Source: Neoechinorhynchus agilis (taxonomy: Eukaryota; Animalia; Acanthocephala). From it: a stretch of DNA of 64,000 nucleotides. Both the position numbers and the translations under genes were made by a program. The stretch spans positions 4,442,784 to 4,506,783 of the forward strand of contig CM121341.1 of the NCBI GenBank assembly GCA_051530055.1, given 5' to 3'. Of the stretch, positions 31,373 to 43,707 are shown piece by piece (position 1 is the stretch's first letter; each line of letters begins with the position of its first letter). Below the pieces are notes generated by a model that saw only the letters and a list, made by a program, of their open reading frames with translations, was not told the origin of the DNA and did not search any database.

Positions 31373-31654
31373 TTTAGAAGTTTTTTTAGGATGCTCGGAG
31401 TTTTTGAGAAAAGCTTACTCTTTTATGTCTGACTTTTTAGTACTTTAAACATGTCATAATGACACATCGCTTGTACATGAAGACGAGTCATTTCGTTCAA
31501 CAATCGTGTAGAGAAAAAGATTCTAAGCTTAAAAACGCAAATCCGAGAGGGAAAAATGAGTGTCCTGTAATGTTTTGTGAGTACTTCTTGGTATGATTTT
31601 ATCTGTGATCTCTTTCACGATGATATCTAAGATTGCGATTCAAAGCTAAAAATT

Positions 31655-31725
31655 CCCTTCCAAATCTTACCCGCCTTTCTGGATCACTCAGCTCCCGTCC
31701 TTGTGTAATGGTCGAACGGACAGAG
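31655..31725 (-). mobile_element. Short CRE-type 3'-end fragment
   Basis: tctggatcactca...gtgtaatggtcgaa matches the ends at 23230 and 51060. Confidence 0.55.
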
Positions 31726-32608
31726 TGCCTTTTTTTACAGAATAAGTCAATTGTTCAAAACTAATCAATTTTTGCACCGAAACAAAATACAACAGGAGAA
31801 AAGTTGCAAATAGTGAATCAATTTTCGCTGTAGGAATTTATCTTATAGTTCCACAATATTAAATTATGTTAATTTACAATGATCAGCAACAAATAAAGCT
31901 GAATCTCGTCAAATGAACAACCTAAAAAAACGAGTTATACTGATTCACCTACCGAGACTCAGAAGCGTCAACATATTAAGTAAAACATATAGACAAAAAT
32001 ATCACTGATTTCATATTCACGCGAAAATATTGGTCAGTATTGGTTCGTTCCGATTGAGGAGTAATGAGTCGTAAAATACAATGGACAGATTAACAAATGG
32101 TTGCTCGAATTAGTTTCTAAATATGAGGATCTCTAGTTTAAAATGTCGATCATTTATAGATAGTGGCAGACCGGTTACATTTTTTTTCTGAATGTTAAAA
32201 TGATCATCGCTACATTGCTGATTAGTTTCGTTAGGCACATGACCTACCGATCTTTGCCAGGGAAGCGAATGAAATCATTAGGAGTTTGTACATTGGTCCG
32301 GATCTTCATATACCTCCCGAGAAGGCGTCCCTTTTCATTATGAGGCATCGACGATCATGGGTTTGAACTCTTTGATCAAAAAAGGGAGGATCTACGGGAA
32401 TGTACAAACCCGCAACCAAGTGATTTTAAGCGCTTCCCTGACCCAGATCAGCCAAGAAATCAGTCGTGTAAGGGATGCTCACTTAAAATTTATAGATATT
32501 TTTGATTTTTTCGCTAAATTGAGCCAATCTTCAAGCAGTGACCGTTCAACTTTTACTTTATCGCTAATCAAATGTTAATTACGGTAACAAAGATATCATT
32601 GCATAATC

Positions 32609-34817
32609 TTATTCCTTCAGAATATAGTCGAGTAGTTCAGTTAAGCTGACTGGCTCGGTGAGTGATTCTAGTTTTTCCCTTAACGCCATTATCCCGGCTT
32701 GATTTACTAAAAGAAGTTAATTATTGCACGTGTGAGCTTTTATGGCTCTTAAAAGCTCACCGTTGGAGCAATTTTCAAATGAACAATATGCATGGTACTT
32801 TTTGTAACCATTTTCATCAAGTCTTAGATTGATTTCAAAGGCAGGAATCCATTTTTTAAAGGATCGTGGGTCTAAAGATGTAATGATGAGAGTAACTAGA
32901 TAACTAAACCCATTTGTTGCTAGTTAAAACCATTGCACCTATTTGTGTTTTCAGTCTTTTAGATTCAATAATTAACTGTACCACAACCCTCAGAACAAAT
33001 TTTTGTAAACAAGATTATTAAAGGAACTTGGAAACTTAGCATTTAAAATGCAAAGGCCAAAAACTTCGCATCAATACAGTTTTCTTAAAATAAGAATGAA
33101 TATTAACGATAGAAAAATGAGATCGTCGATCAATCAAATATAAAATAATTTCAAGGCCAAACTTGAGGCACACTAACCTAACCGGCACCTTAGTATACAA
33201 TCACTAAGTGGACAAATCGGATAGCTGACAAGGTCCAGTTTAGCGAGGCCATTGAACGTCTTTGCTATCTCGAGCTCTTTGTTTAGAGCGTGCAAAATCG
33301 ATTCTCTGTCAATATCAATTTTTGGAAAAGGTGATTGTTCTTCTTTGGGTTTCTCTGATTGTTCTCTGCGTTGAGAATAAAAAGAAATAGTACGCTTTAA
33401 GAAATCGAAATCCTTCATTCCGCGTTTTAGTAGATCATCCCTTACTTTATCCTTCACGAGCTCTTGATCATCAGCCGGACGCTTCCTTAGCTTTGCAACG
33501 GAAGCACGAAATCCGCTTATATCAAATTTCCGTTCAGCGAGACAAATCGATTGATTCTCAATCGAATCAGATACGGTTGAAGACGATTGTGGTTGCTGAT
33601 CGATAGATGTAGGCTTAGGTGGGGTAGTGGTTTCAACTGATGGTACGGATGAAGCGGACTGTGGGCCGTGTTGAGGTGTGGATAATTGTAGAAGAGTAAC
33701 ATAGGCAGCTTGCAACTGCGTTAGTGGATCATGAGCACGTTCAAGACCGATTCCATAAGATGCCATCAAAGGCATGAGCGACTGTTCAAGGAAATGACGA
33801 ACTCTCATTAATGGAGTCAGCTGAATGACCCCTCTACGCTCGAAATGATCTACAACAGCTCGAGATCTAGTCACGATTGTGTCATTCACTCCTAATGAAT
33901 TCCAATTATACGATCACTGTACCTTAAAACATGACCTACCATGAATTTGCCTCTTTATATACTGGTTTAGGAAACTTCGAATGGTTGGAATCATTGACGT
34001 ACATTCTTGGTAAATAGTTGCTTTTTCAGCTTCCATTGAATCTCCTAAAGTTAGACAAAAAACATTTCTGTTTTATCGTTAAGCGCTTTAAATACCTTGA
34101 GCAGGTCGCGAAGTCATTAGTGATTGCTGATTTACTTGTCCTACGGGACGTTGACAAGTAGGTGTTACCGACGATTGATTTGAAAGGCTTGCGTGGACGC
34201 TTTGTGGTTGTTGTTGTCGGCACGAATCTTGTGAATGAATGAACGATTGTGTCGCATTTCTTTGAGGAGGTGTTCGAGGGATTGATGATGTAGGAGTTGA
34301 ACCACTTGGCATAGGACGTGGTTGAATGTTAATCAGAGGACGTGCTCTCTGTGGAGCCATTTGTTGACCTCGCACAGATTGCGGTGTGTTCAATCGACCA
34401 TCCATCGGCGAGAAGTGCTGATTTTGTTGAACATACGTGGATTGATGACCGGCCTGGACTCGGTTCATACTTTGGATGGGCACATTCGGTCTTATTTGTC
34501 GTCCAGGGTCGCGATTACTTTGCGTGCCTTCTTGGAGTTTATTGCAGAACATCTTTATAAAATTCTGGTAGTCATTATAAGTCGCAGCTCGATCGAAGAT
34601 TGTCCTTTCAAGATCTGCAGCTTGGTTGACCATGTGATGCCCACACTGCTCCATTGTCGTTCGTCTGTATACCAAGATAAAAAGCGGATATTGTACATTC
34701 ACATAGAACTTACAAGAGGTTTACGACCTTCGTTCGGTACTCCGATGGGATGTTCAGCTGATTGCTGACCGATGGGACACTCTTTTGTTGAGCTTGTGGG
34801 GGTTGACCAGGATTCAT
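32609..34817 (-). CDS. MED15: Mediator subunit 15-like protein B (complete)
   Basis: KIX YRTKVVNLLRTTMEQCG...AADLERTIFDRAATYNDY, Q/P-rich middle, C-terminal ILRCRL...LRGKLESLTEPVSLTELLD; five canonical introns join in frame. Confidence 0.75.
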
Positions 34818-35151
34818 GGAATATCAAATCTTGAAAACTCAGCTTTTAACAAATAAACGAACAACAGAGCTTTGAGCTTTCTGAAATACCACAAAAACGA
34901 GATTATTGAATATATATATACTTATTGTGAGAGTTGAACAAATTTCGAATTGAGCTCTGTGATTACACAATATCTAAGTAAACTTACAGCGCAACCAAAG
35001 TGAATTGCTGTCGCGTTATGATTCAAGTGAGCGAGAAGACGTTCAGGAAGAGATGAATGAATTCGAAAGCAACGCGGTTAAATTTCATAGACCATGTTTC
35101 CGAAAAGTTTTTAAATTGATCGATGACTATAGATAAACTCTAGGAGCAGAC

Positions 35152-35220
35152 CAGCGCTTTCCCAGACCGAAATCGGTGGACTATGTGTCCATTTAGTCGT
35201 ATATGGGAAAAAATAACCTT
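35152..35220 (+). mobile_element. Solo hAT-like terminal sequence
   Basis: cagcgctttcccagaccgaaatcgg..., similar to 24557. Confidence 0.45.
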
Positions 35221-36034
35221 AAACATATCTATCAACTTCAATGGTGCCCATGGGTAAACTTTGTCCGTTTTAAATAGCCGTTTTCGAAGATCGCAGACAT
35301 TTACCATAATATTTCTGGTAGATCGCCTCCGATCGCACTTTCGTTACTTCTGAGGATACTTAAGTACATTTCTAGACCGGCAGTACACAACGAACGTGTG
35401 GTCGACAGGTTGCCCATTCAGGTTTTTATTCGGCTAATCCTTGCAGATAGTGACCACATTTAATAATTAAATCTAATGAGGGCTGCTTGTTTTCGGGTCG
35501 ATTTTTCACGTGAAAACATAAATCGATAAGTATATATTCGAAATTACTCAAACCCTTTATTGGCCGATTTGAGCTAGCTATTCGCTGGACGGCGCAAAAT
35601 ACCCATCAGGATAAATCAATGAGTATCTTTCAGCTGCATTCGAACCCCTTGACCTAAAGAGGAGATCCCGAGGACCTTATGATTTGGCTAAAATAGATAG
35701 GCAGTATGCCCAAATTCAGCCGAGTTAAAAAGGATTGAGTAACGTCAAATATAAAAAGTCGATTGTTGGGTTAATCGGGCCTCATAGGGACACGATCGTT
35801 ATGTAGCCTAATAAGCGGCTGGTTCCATTAACCGCATTTGACTGTATTAAAAAAATATGAAACCGGCTGAGCTACACATAGGCTAATAAATCGTTTAATT
35901 TGTAGATTTACGTCTTTTGCCTACAAGCGACAAAAACCTATTTTTTAAATACAAAAAATAAAACTGCAAGGCCACGCGGTAAAGTTTCGTCCAGGTATGT
36001 TTCAACCCAATACCAACGACTAAGTGTTTGCCAC

Positions 36035-39000
36035 AGTTTATGACTTTCCAAAAAGCAAACGGAACAACTAACAAGAGTGCCACATTTTTTCAACCACTGG
36101 AGCGCTAAATACGATTATTCGTTTTATCGAAACAATAAAAAAAACTGCGATCGAACGAGCAGTCTATTTTGGTTACAACAATCGTAAGATCAACGCTCAA
36201 TCGCAACTAACCATAACGAGAACATTACTATCGATTGCTTTTAATCAAACATAAATTAAACAGTAGATGACTTTCCAAAAAGCGAACGGAACAACTAACA
36301 AGAGTGCCAGAGACACAGTTTTCAACCACTGGAGCGATCAATACGATTATTCGTTCTATCGTAACAAAAACCACACTGCGATCAAATGTGCAGTATATTT
36401 TGGTTACAACAATCGTAGGATCAACGCTCAATCGCAACTAACCATAACGAGAACATTACTATCGATTGCTTTTAATCAAACATAGATTAAAAAGTTTATT
36501 ACCTTCCAAAAAGCGAACGGAACGATCAAAAAGAGTGCCAGAGACACAGTTTTCAACCACTGGAGCGATCAATACGATTATTCGTTCTATCGCAACAATA
36601 ACAACACTGCGATCGAACGAGCAGTATATTTTGGTTACAACAATCGTAGGATCAACGCTCAATCGCAACTAACAATAACGAGATCATTACTATCGATTGC
36701 TTTTAATCAAACATAGATTAAAAAAGTTTATTACCTTCCAAAAAGCGAACGGAACGATCAACAAGAGTGCCGGAGACACAGTTTTCAATCACTGGAGCGA
36801 TCAATGCGATTATTGGTTTTATCGCAACAAAAACCGCACTGCGATCAAATGTGCAGTATATTTTGGTTACAACAATCGTAGGATCAACGCTCAATCGCAA
36901 CTAACCATAACGAGAACATTACTATCGATTGCTTTTAATCAAACATAAATTAAACAGTTTATTACTTTCCAAAAAGCGAACGGAGCGATCAACAAGAGTG
37001 CCAGAGACACAGTTTTGAACCACTGGAGCGATCAATGCGATTATTGGTTTTATCGCAACAATAACAACACTGCGATCGAACGAGCAGTCTATTTTGGTTA
37101 CAACAATCGTAGGATCAGCGCTCAATCGCAACTAACCATAACGAGAACATTACTATCGATTGCTTTTAATCAAACATAAATTAAACAGTTGATGACTTTC
37201 CAAAAAGCGAACGGAACAACTAACAAGAGTGCCAGAGACACAGTTTTCAACCACTGGAGCGATCAATACGATTATTCGTTCTATCGCAACAATAACAACA
37301 CTGTGATCAAATGTGCAGTATATTTTGGTGACAACAATCGTAGGATCAACGCTCAATCGCAACTAACAATAACGAGATCATTACTATCGATTGCTTTTAA
37401 TCAAACATAGATTAAAAAGTATATTACCTTCCAAAAAGCGAACGGAACGATCAAAAAGAGTGCCAGAGACACAGTTTTCAATCACTGGAGCGATCAATAC
37501 GATTATTCGTTCTATCGCAACAATAACAACACTGTGATCGAACGAGCAGTATATTTTGGTTACAACAATCGTAGGATCAACGCTCAATCGCAACTAACCA
37601 TAACGAGAACATTACTATCGATTGCTTTTAATCAAACACAGATTAAACAGTTGATGACTTTCCAAAAAGCGAACGGAACAACTAACAAGAGTGCCAGAGA
37701 CACAGTTTTGAACCACTGGAGCAATCAATGCGATTATCCGTTTTATCGCAACAAAAACCACACTGCGATCAAATGTGCAGTCTATTTTGGTTACAACAAT
37801 CGTAGGATCAGCGCTCAATCGCAACTAACCATAACGAGAACATTACTATCGATTGCTTTTAATCAAACATAAATTAAACAGTTGATGACTTTCCAAAAAG
37901 CGAACGGAACAACTAACAAGAGTGCCAGAGACACAGTTTTCAACCACTGGAGCGATCAATGCGATTATTCGTTTTATCGCAACAATAACAACACTGCGAT
38001 CAAATGTGCAGTATATTTTGGTTACAACAATCGTAGGATCAACGCTCAATCGCAACTAACAATAACGAGATCATTACTATCGATTGCTTTTAATCAAACA
38101 TAGATTAAAAAGTTTATTACCTTCCAAAAAGCGAACGGAACGATCAACAAGAGTGCCAGAGACACAGTTTTCAATCACTGGAGCGATCAATACGATTATT
38201 GGTTCTATCGCAACAATAACAACACTGCGATCAAATGTGCAGTATATTTTGGTTACAACAATCGTAGGATCAACGCTCAATCGCAACTAACAATAACGAG
38301 ATCATTACTATCGATTGCTTTTAATCAAACATAGATTAAAAAGTTTATTACCTTCCAAAAAGCGAACGGAACGATCAACAAGAGTGCCAGAGACACAGTT
38401 TTCAATCACTGGAGCGATCAATGCGATTATTGGTTTTATCGCAACAAAAACCGCACTGCGATCAAATGTGCAGTATATTTTGGTTACAACAATCGTAGGA
38501 TCAACGCTCAATCGCAACTAACCATAACGAGAACATTACTATCGATTGCTTTTAATCAAACACAGATTAAACAGTTGATGACTTTCCAAAACGAACGGAG
38601 CGATCAACAAGAGTGCCAGAGACCCAGTTTTGAATCACTGGAGCGATCAATGCGATTATTGGTTTTATCGCAACAAAAACCACACTGCGATCAAATGTGC
38701 AGTATATTTTGGTTACAACAATCGTAGGATCAACGCTCAATCGCAACTAACCATAACGAGAACATTACTATCGATTGCTTTTAATCAAACATAAATTAAA
38801 CAGTTTATTACTTTCCAAAAAGCGAACGGAGCGATCAACAAGAGTGCCAGAGACCCAGTTTTGAATCACTGGAGCGATCAATGCGATTATTGGTTTTATC
38901 GCAACAATAACAACACTGCGATCGAACGAGCAGTCTATTTTGGTTACAACAATCGTAGGATCAACGCTCAATCGCAACTAACAATAACGAGATCATTACT

Positions 39001-40163
39001 ATCGATTGCTTTTAATCAAACATAGATTAAAAAGTTTATTACCTTCCAAAAAGCGAACGGAACGATCAACAAGAGTGCCAGAGACACAGTTTTCAATCAC
39101 TGGAGCGATCAATACGATTATTCGTTCTATCGCAACAAAAACCACACTGCGATCAAATGTGCAGTATATTTTGGTTACAACAATCGTAGGATCAACGCTC
39201 AATCGCAACTAACCATAACGAGAACATTACTATCGATTGCTTTTAATCAAACATAGATTAAACAGTTGATGACTTTCCAAAAAGCGAACGGAGCGATCAA
39301 CAAGAGTGCCAGAGACCCAGTTTTGAATCACTGGAGCGATCAATGCGATTATTCGTTCTATCGCAACAAAAACCACACTGCGATCAAATGTGCAGTATAT
39401 TTTGGTTACAACAATCGTAGGATCAACGCTCAATCGCAACTAACCATAACGAGAACATTACTATCGATTGCTTTTAATCAAACACAGATTAAACAGTTGA
39501 TGACTTTCCAAAAAGCGAACGGAGCGATCAACAAGAGTGCCAGAGACCCAGTTTTGAATCACTGGAGCGATCAATGCGATTATTGGTTTTATCGCAACAA
39601 AAACCGCACTGCGATCAATGTGCAGTATATTTTGGTTACAACAATCGTAGGATCAACGCTCAATCGCAACTAACCATAACGAGAACATTACTATCGATTG
39701 CTTTTAATCAAACATAGATTAAACAGTTTATTACTTTCCAAAAAGGAACGGAGCGATCAACAAGAGTGCAGAGACCCAGTTTTGAATCACTGGAGCGATC
39801 AATGCGATTATTGGTTTTATCGCAACAAAACCACACTGCGATCAAATGTGCAGTATATTTTGGTTACAACAATCGTAGGATCAACGCTCAATCGCAACTA
39901 ACCATAACGAGAACATTACTATCGATTGCTTTTAATCAAACACAGATTAAACAGTTGATGACTTTCCAAAAAGCGAACGGAGCGATCAACAAGAGTGCCA
40001 GAGACCCAGTTTTGAATCACTGGAGCGATCAATGCGATTATTGGTTTTATCGCAACAAAAACCGCACTGCGATCAAAATTGCAGTATATTTTGGTTACAA
40101 CAATCGTAGGATCAACGCTCAATCGCAACTAACCATAAGGAGAACATTACTATCGATTGCTTT
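36035..40163. repeat. Tandem array, 231-bp unit, about 18 copies
   Basis: Repeated ORFs every 231 bp (36228, 36459, ...); ends approximate. Confidence 0.97.
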
Positions 40164-40410
40164 TATGGAAAAACGGGAACAAACTATCTCGATTTTTCCG
40201 AACAAGTAGTTCCGATCATTACCAACACGCGACACTGAGAACGAAGGAGCAGTCGAAAGAAGGAGAATACGACGACATCGCAACAAAGAAATAACCAAGA
40301 CTGTCAGTTTCTACACTTTACGACAATAAAAAAGCGATTTTGGCTTCTTCCGGACGGAAAGGATAAGAGATGACAGCAAGTTTTTGATCATCATTTTGTT
40401 GAAATTCTAA

Positions 40411-43400
40411 ATGTCGTTGGGTTTTAGTGTGCCGATCGTTGAGTCTGGTAGTGTTGTTACTGTCAATGCGGAATCAGAGAATGATGAATTCGGCGACGAT
40501 TGGGCTTTGTTCCAAATCAATCGATATATGATTGATACGAACAATAGCCAGAAGCTTAGACGAAACTTGGATTCGTTCTTTTATCCGGGAACTGATAAGC
40601 CTCGTTGTTTGAACGTTACATCTTTTAGTGTAAATGTTCAATTCTGTAAAAAGAAAACCAAATAAAAAGAAGAAGAATAGAGATTGAATCTATATTAATT
40701 CCCAATATTTCGTCTGTTTCGTCGGACGTCTTCAGGTTTTCGGAAACGTGACGAAGTCCGACAAGGCGGCCGAAATATTGGGAATTCGTGCAGAATCAAT
40801 CTCTATTTTTATTCTAAATCACACCAAAAATACAAAAAAACCCATCATTGTCAGCTTTGAACAAAAAAGTTGCCAATTCTTTAAAGAAACATTGAACATT
40901 TACGTGTAAGGGTATTCCAATGGAAGATATTGGTGAAAACGCCAATAAACAGCCGAACACACAATCGATCGGTACTTGTGGTTCCTCGACAACGGTCCGG
41001 GACCTTCATTCTGGAAAGTTCCAGAGATTTCATCTTACCTCGGATCTCCTGGACAATATTCGTCTTCAATTGGAACGATGCGATTCAGTCGCTCAAGCTG
41101 ACCTACAGCAATCATCAGGCGCCCCGTGGAGTGATAGCGTAGCTTCGTTTTTAGCCGAAATCGCATTTGCCTACCGAGATGAGTACTCGATACCTTCATC
41201 GAAAATATCGATTTGGTTGCCGAGACCACCGAAGATGTATAAACCGTTAGATGGTTTAAGCGTCTTGTCGAATACGTGTTCCATCAAACGAGTTTTTGAC
41301 TCATTATTCAAAATGGACTTCCCGACAATTTCTGGTTGTTTTTAATCCTCTATCGGCGTTTAATGTGACCTTTGATCTGTTCCAAATATCAAATCATCGA
41401 GTCCAATGTTTAAAAACGGAGCAATAACAAAAACACACACAATTGCTCAATTGCTTCTCAATCTATCAAAAGGATTGTCGACTGATCTCTCAACCGCATG
41501 TTATCTTTTCAAATTATCCTTATTTGAGCACTATACGCGGTTGTGGATTAATATTTTCGGATCTTTATTCTTTTTTTGCAGAGTCCTGAAAAACACACCC
41601 AATCTTCAAAGTTAGAGTTAGAACAGAGTTCAGCGAGAAAGGGCACTTCTCAGACTATGAATTTAAAAATTCGGTAGCAAATTTATTCGACTGCAGTCCT
41701 GGAAACTTCTTCATTGACCTTTTCTGTAAATTGAAATTTCAATCAGCTTTGATTGCTTCGCATCAGAATACGGGCAATAATCCATGATGACCTCTCGTTT
41801 TATTCTGGTCCAAACGCCATTATTTTTGATAAAGATTAAGCCGAATTTCCCCTCGGAAATGATCGATTATCGTTCGTTCAAGTGCATTGAAGCGATTTTG
41901 AGTTCACCGACTTTGTCGAGTTTTCCATAGAAGCTGGCGGACTGCTAATTTCGAGGAGACGGGAGGTGACTTTGCAAGAGAAAACCCTCATAAGCTTAAA
42001 TGTTTTTTGGTTTCTTCTTTTCGATTGTCGTCGGACCAACATTTTCGGAGCTTTATTCTTTTTTTGCAGAGTCCTGAAAAACACATTCAATCTTCAAAGT
42101 TAGAGTTAGAACAGAGTTCAGCGATGAATGAAACTTCTCAGACTATGAATTTAAAAATTCGGTAGCAAATTTATTCGACTGCAGTCCTGGAAACTTCTTC
42201 ATTGACCTTTTTTGTAAATTGAAATTCCAATCAGCTTTGATTGCTTCGCATCAGAATACGGGCAATAATCCTTGACGACCTCTCTTGTTTTATTCTGGTC
42301 CAAACGCCATTATTTTTGTTAAAGATTAAGCCGAATTTCCCCTCGGAAATGATCGATTATCGTTCGTTCAAGTGCATTGAAGCGATTTTGAGTTCACCGA
42401 CTTTGTCGAGTTTTCCATAGAAGCTGGCGGACTGCTAATTTCGAGGAGACGGGAGGTGACTTTGAAGAGCCTCTGTTTGTTTTTTGGTTTTTTTTCGATT
42501 GTCGTCGGAAACATTTTCGATTTATTCTTTTTTTGCAGAGTTGAAATTGTTGTGTGTTTTTTGTTTTTTGTTTGTTTGTTTGTTGTTGTGTGGGTTTGGT
42601 TTTTTATTCTGTCAAACCCATTATTTTTGTTAAAGATTAAGCCGAATTTCCCCTCGGAAATGATCGATTATCGTTCGTTAAGGCATTGAAGCGATTTGAG
42701 TTCACCGACTTTGTCGAGTTTTCCATAGAAGCTGGCGGACTGCTAATTTCGAGGAGACGGGAGGTGACTTTGCAAGAGAAAACCCTCATAAGCTTAAATG
42801 TTTTTTGGTTTCTTCTTTTCGATTGTCGTCGGACCAACATTTTCGGAGCTTTATTCTTTTTTTGCAGAGTCCTGAAAAACACATTCAATCTTCAAAGTTA
42901 GAGTTAGAACAGAGTTCAGCGATGAATGATACTTCTCAGACTATGAATTTAAAAATTCGGTAGCAAACTTATTCGACTGCAGTCCTGGAAACTTCTTCAT
43001 TGACCTTTTTTGTAAATTGAAATTTCAATCAGCTTTGATTGCTTCGCATCAGAATACGGGCAATAATCCATGATGACCTCTTGTTTTATTCTGTTCCAAA
43101 CGCCATTATTTTTGTTAAAGATTAAGCCGAATTTCCCCTCGGAAATGATCGATTATCGTTCGTTCAAGCGCATTGAAGCGACTTTGAGTTCACCGACTTT
43201 GTCGAGTTTTCCATAGAAGCTGGTGGATTGCTAATCTGGGAGACCGGAGGTGACTTACAAACTCAACTAACACGACACTGTCTCAAATCTTCACACTCAG
43301 GGGTGTTTCATAAAGCACGACGAACGAACGTACCATTGTTCGAAGCAGCCGAAACCAGCTATTGTCAAAGTGTTGAAATCGATCGATCAAAGCAACATAT

Positions 43401-43707
43401 TCAATTTTATGTGAGTCGCGGAGGTTCTCCATCTGAGACAATGAATCATGACTATGCGTACAATGCCCCTATATTCTTGAGAAACCAAATGAATCAAAAT
43501 GAAGTTATTGCTCAACCATTTAGTGCTTGTCTACACACTCATGCCAATATCGCCGATTGCCTTATGGAATTTAGTGAATGTTTAAAGTATAAAAACAATT
43601 TCAAGAAAAGTTTGCATTTGCTCGACGTGGGAACGGACGAAATCGATGATTGTATTGCCACATTCGCTCTCATTCAAGAATGTCTAAGAACTTCTACGAG
43701 CTATTGA
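40411..43707 (+). CDS. MSTO1: Misato/DML1 tubulin-like protein, interrupted by a MITE-like intron and a satellite array
   Basis: LLDNIRLQLERCD...RDEY, PNIKSSSPMFKNGAI, YCQSVEIDRSKQH and LLDVGTDEIDD resemble Misato motifs; junctions at 41330-41390 and around the array unresolved. Confidence 0.65.
40630..40910 (+). mobile_element. MITE-like element coinciding with a GT-AG intron in Misato
   Basis: Perfect 13-bp TIR gtaaatgttcaat/attgaacatttac plus inner inverted arms; ttt agt|gt...ag|ggt joins the two Misato frames. Confidence 0.75.
41552..43256. repeat. Tandem array, 488-bp unit, about 3.5 copies, inside the Misato gene
   Basis: Same unit as 25040-26290; one copy garbled at about 42455-42630. 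Confidence 0.93.

Noticed and set aside
42455-42630. T/G-rich degenerate copy of the 488-bp unit, resembling hypermutation or editing
   Set aside because: Abrupt low-complexity garbling within otherwise near-identical units looks like a base-calling or consensus artefact; it also warns that single indels elsewhere may be errors.
14428-43256. Repeated 60-80 aa ORFs in the 286-, 485-, 488- and 231-bp arrays; possible CRISPR-like arrays
   Set aside because: Whole units repeat with no unique spacers and no cas genes; the ORFs are by-products of the repeats.
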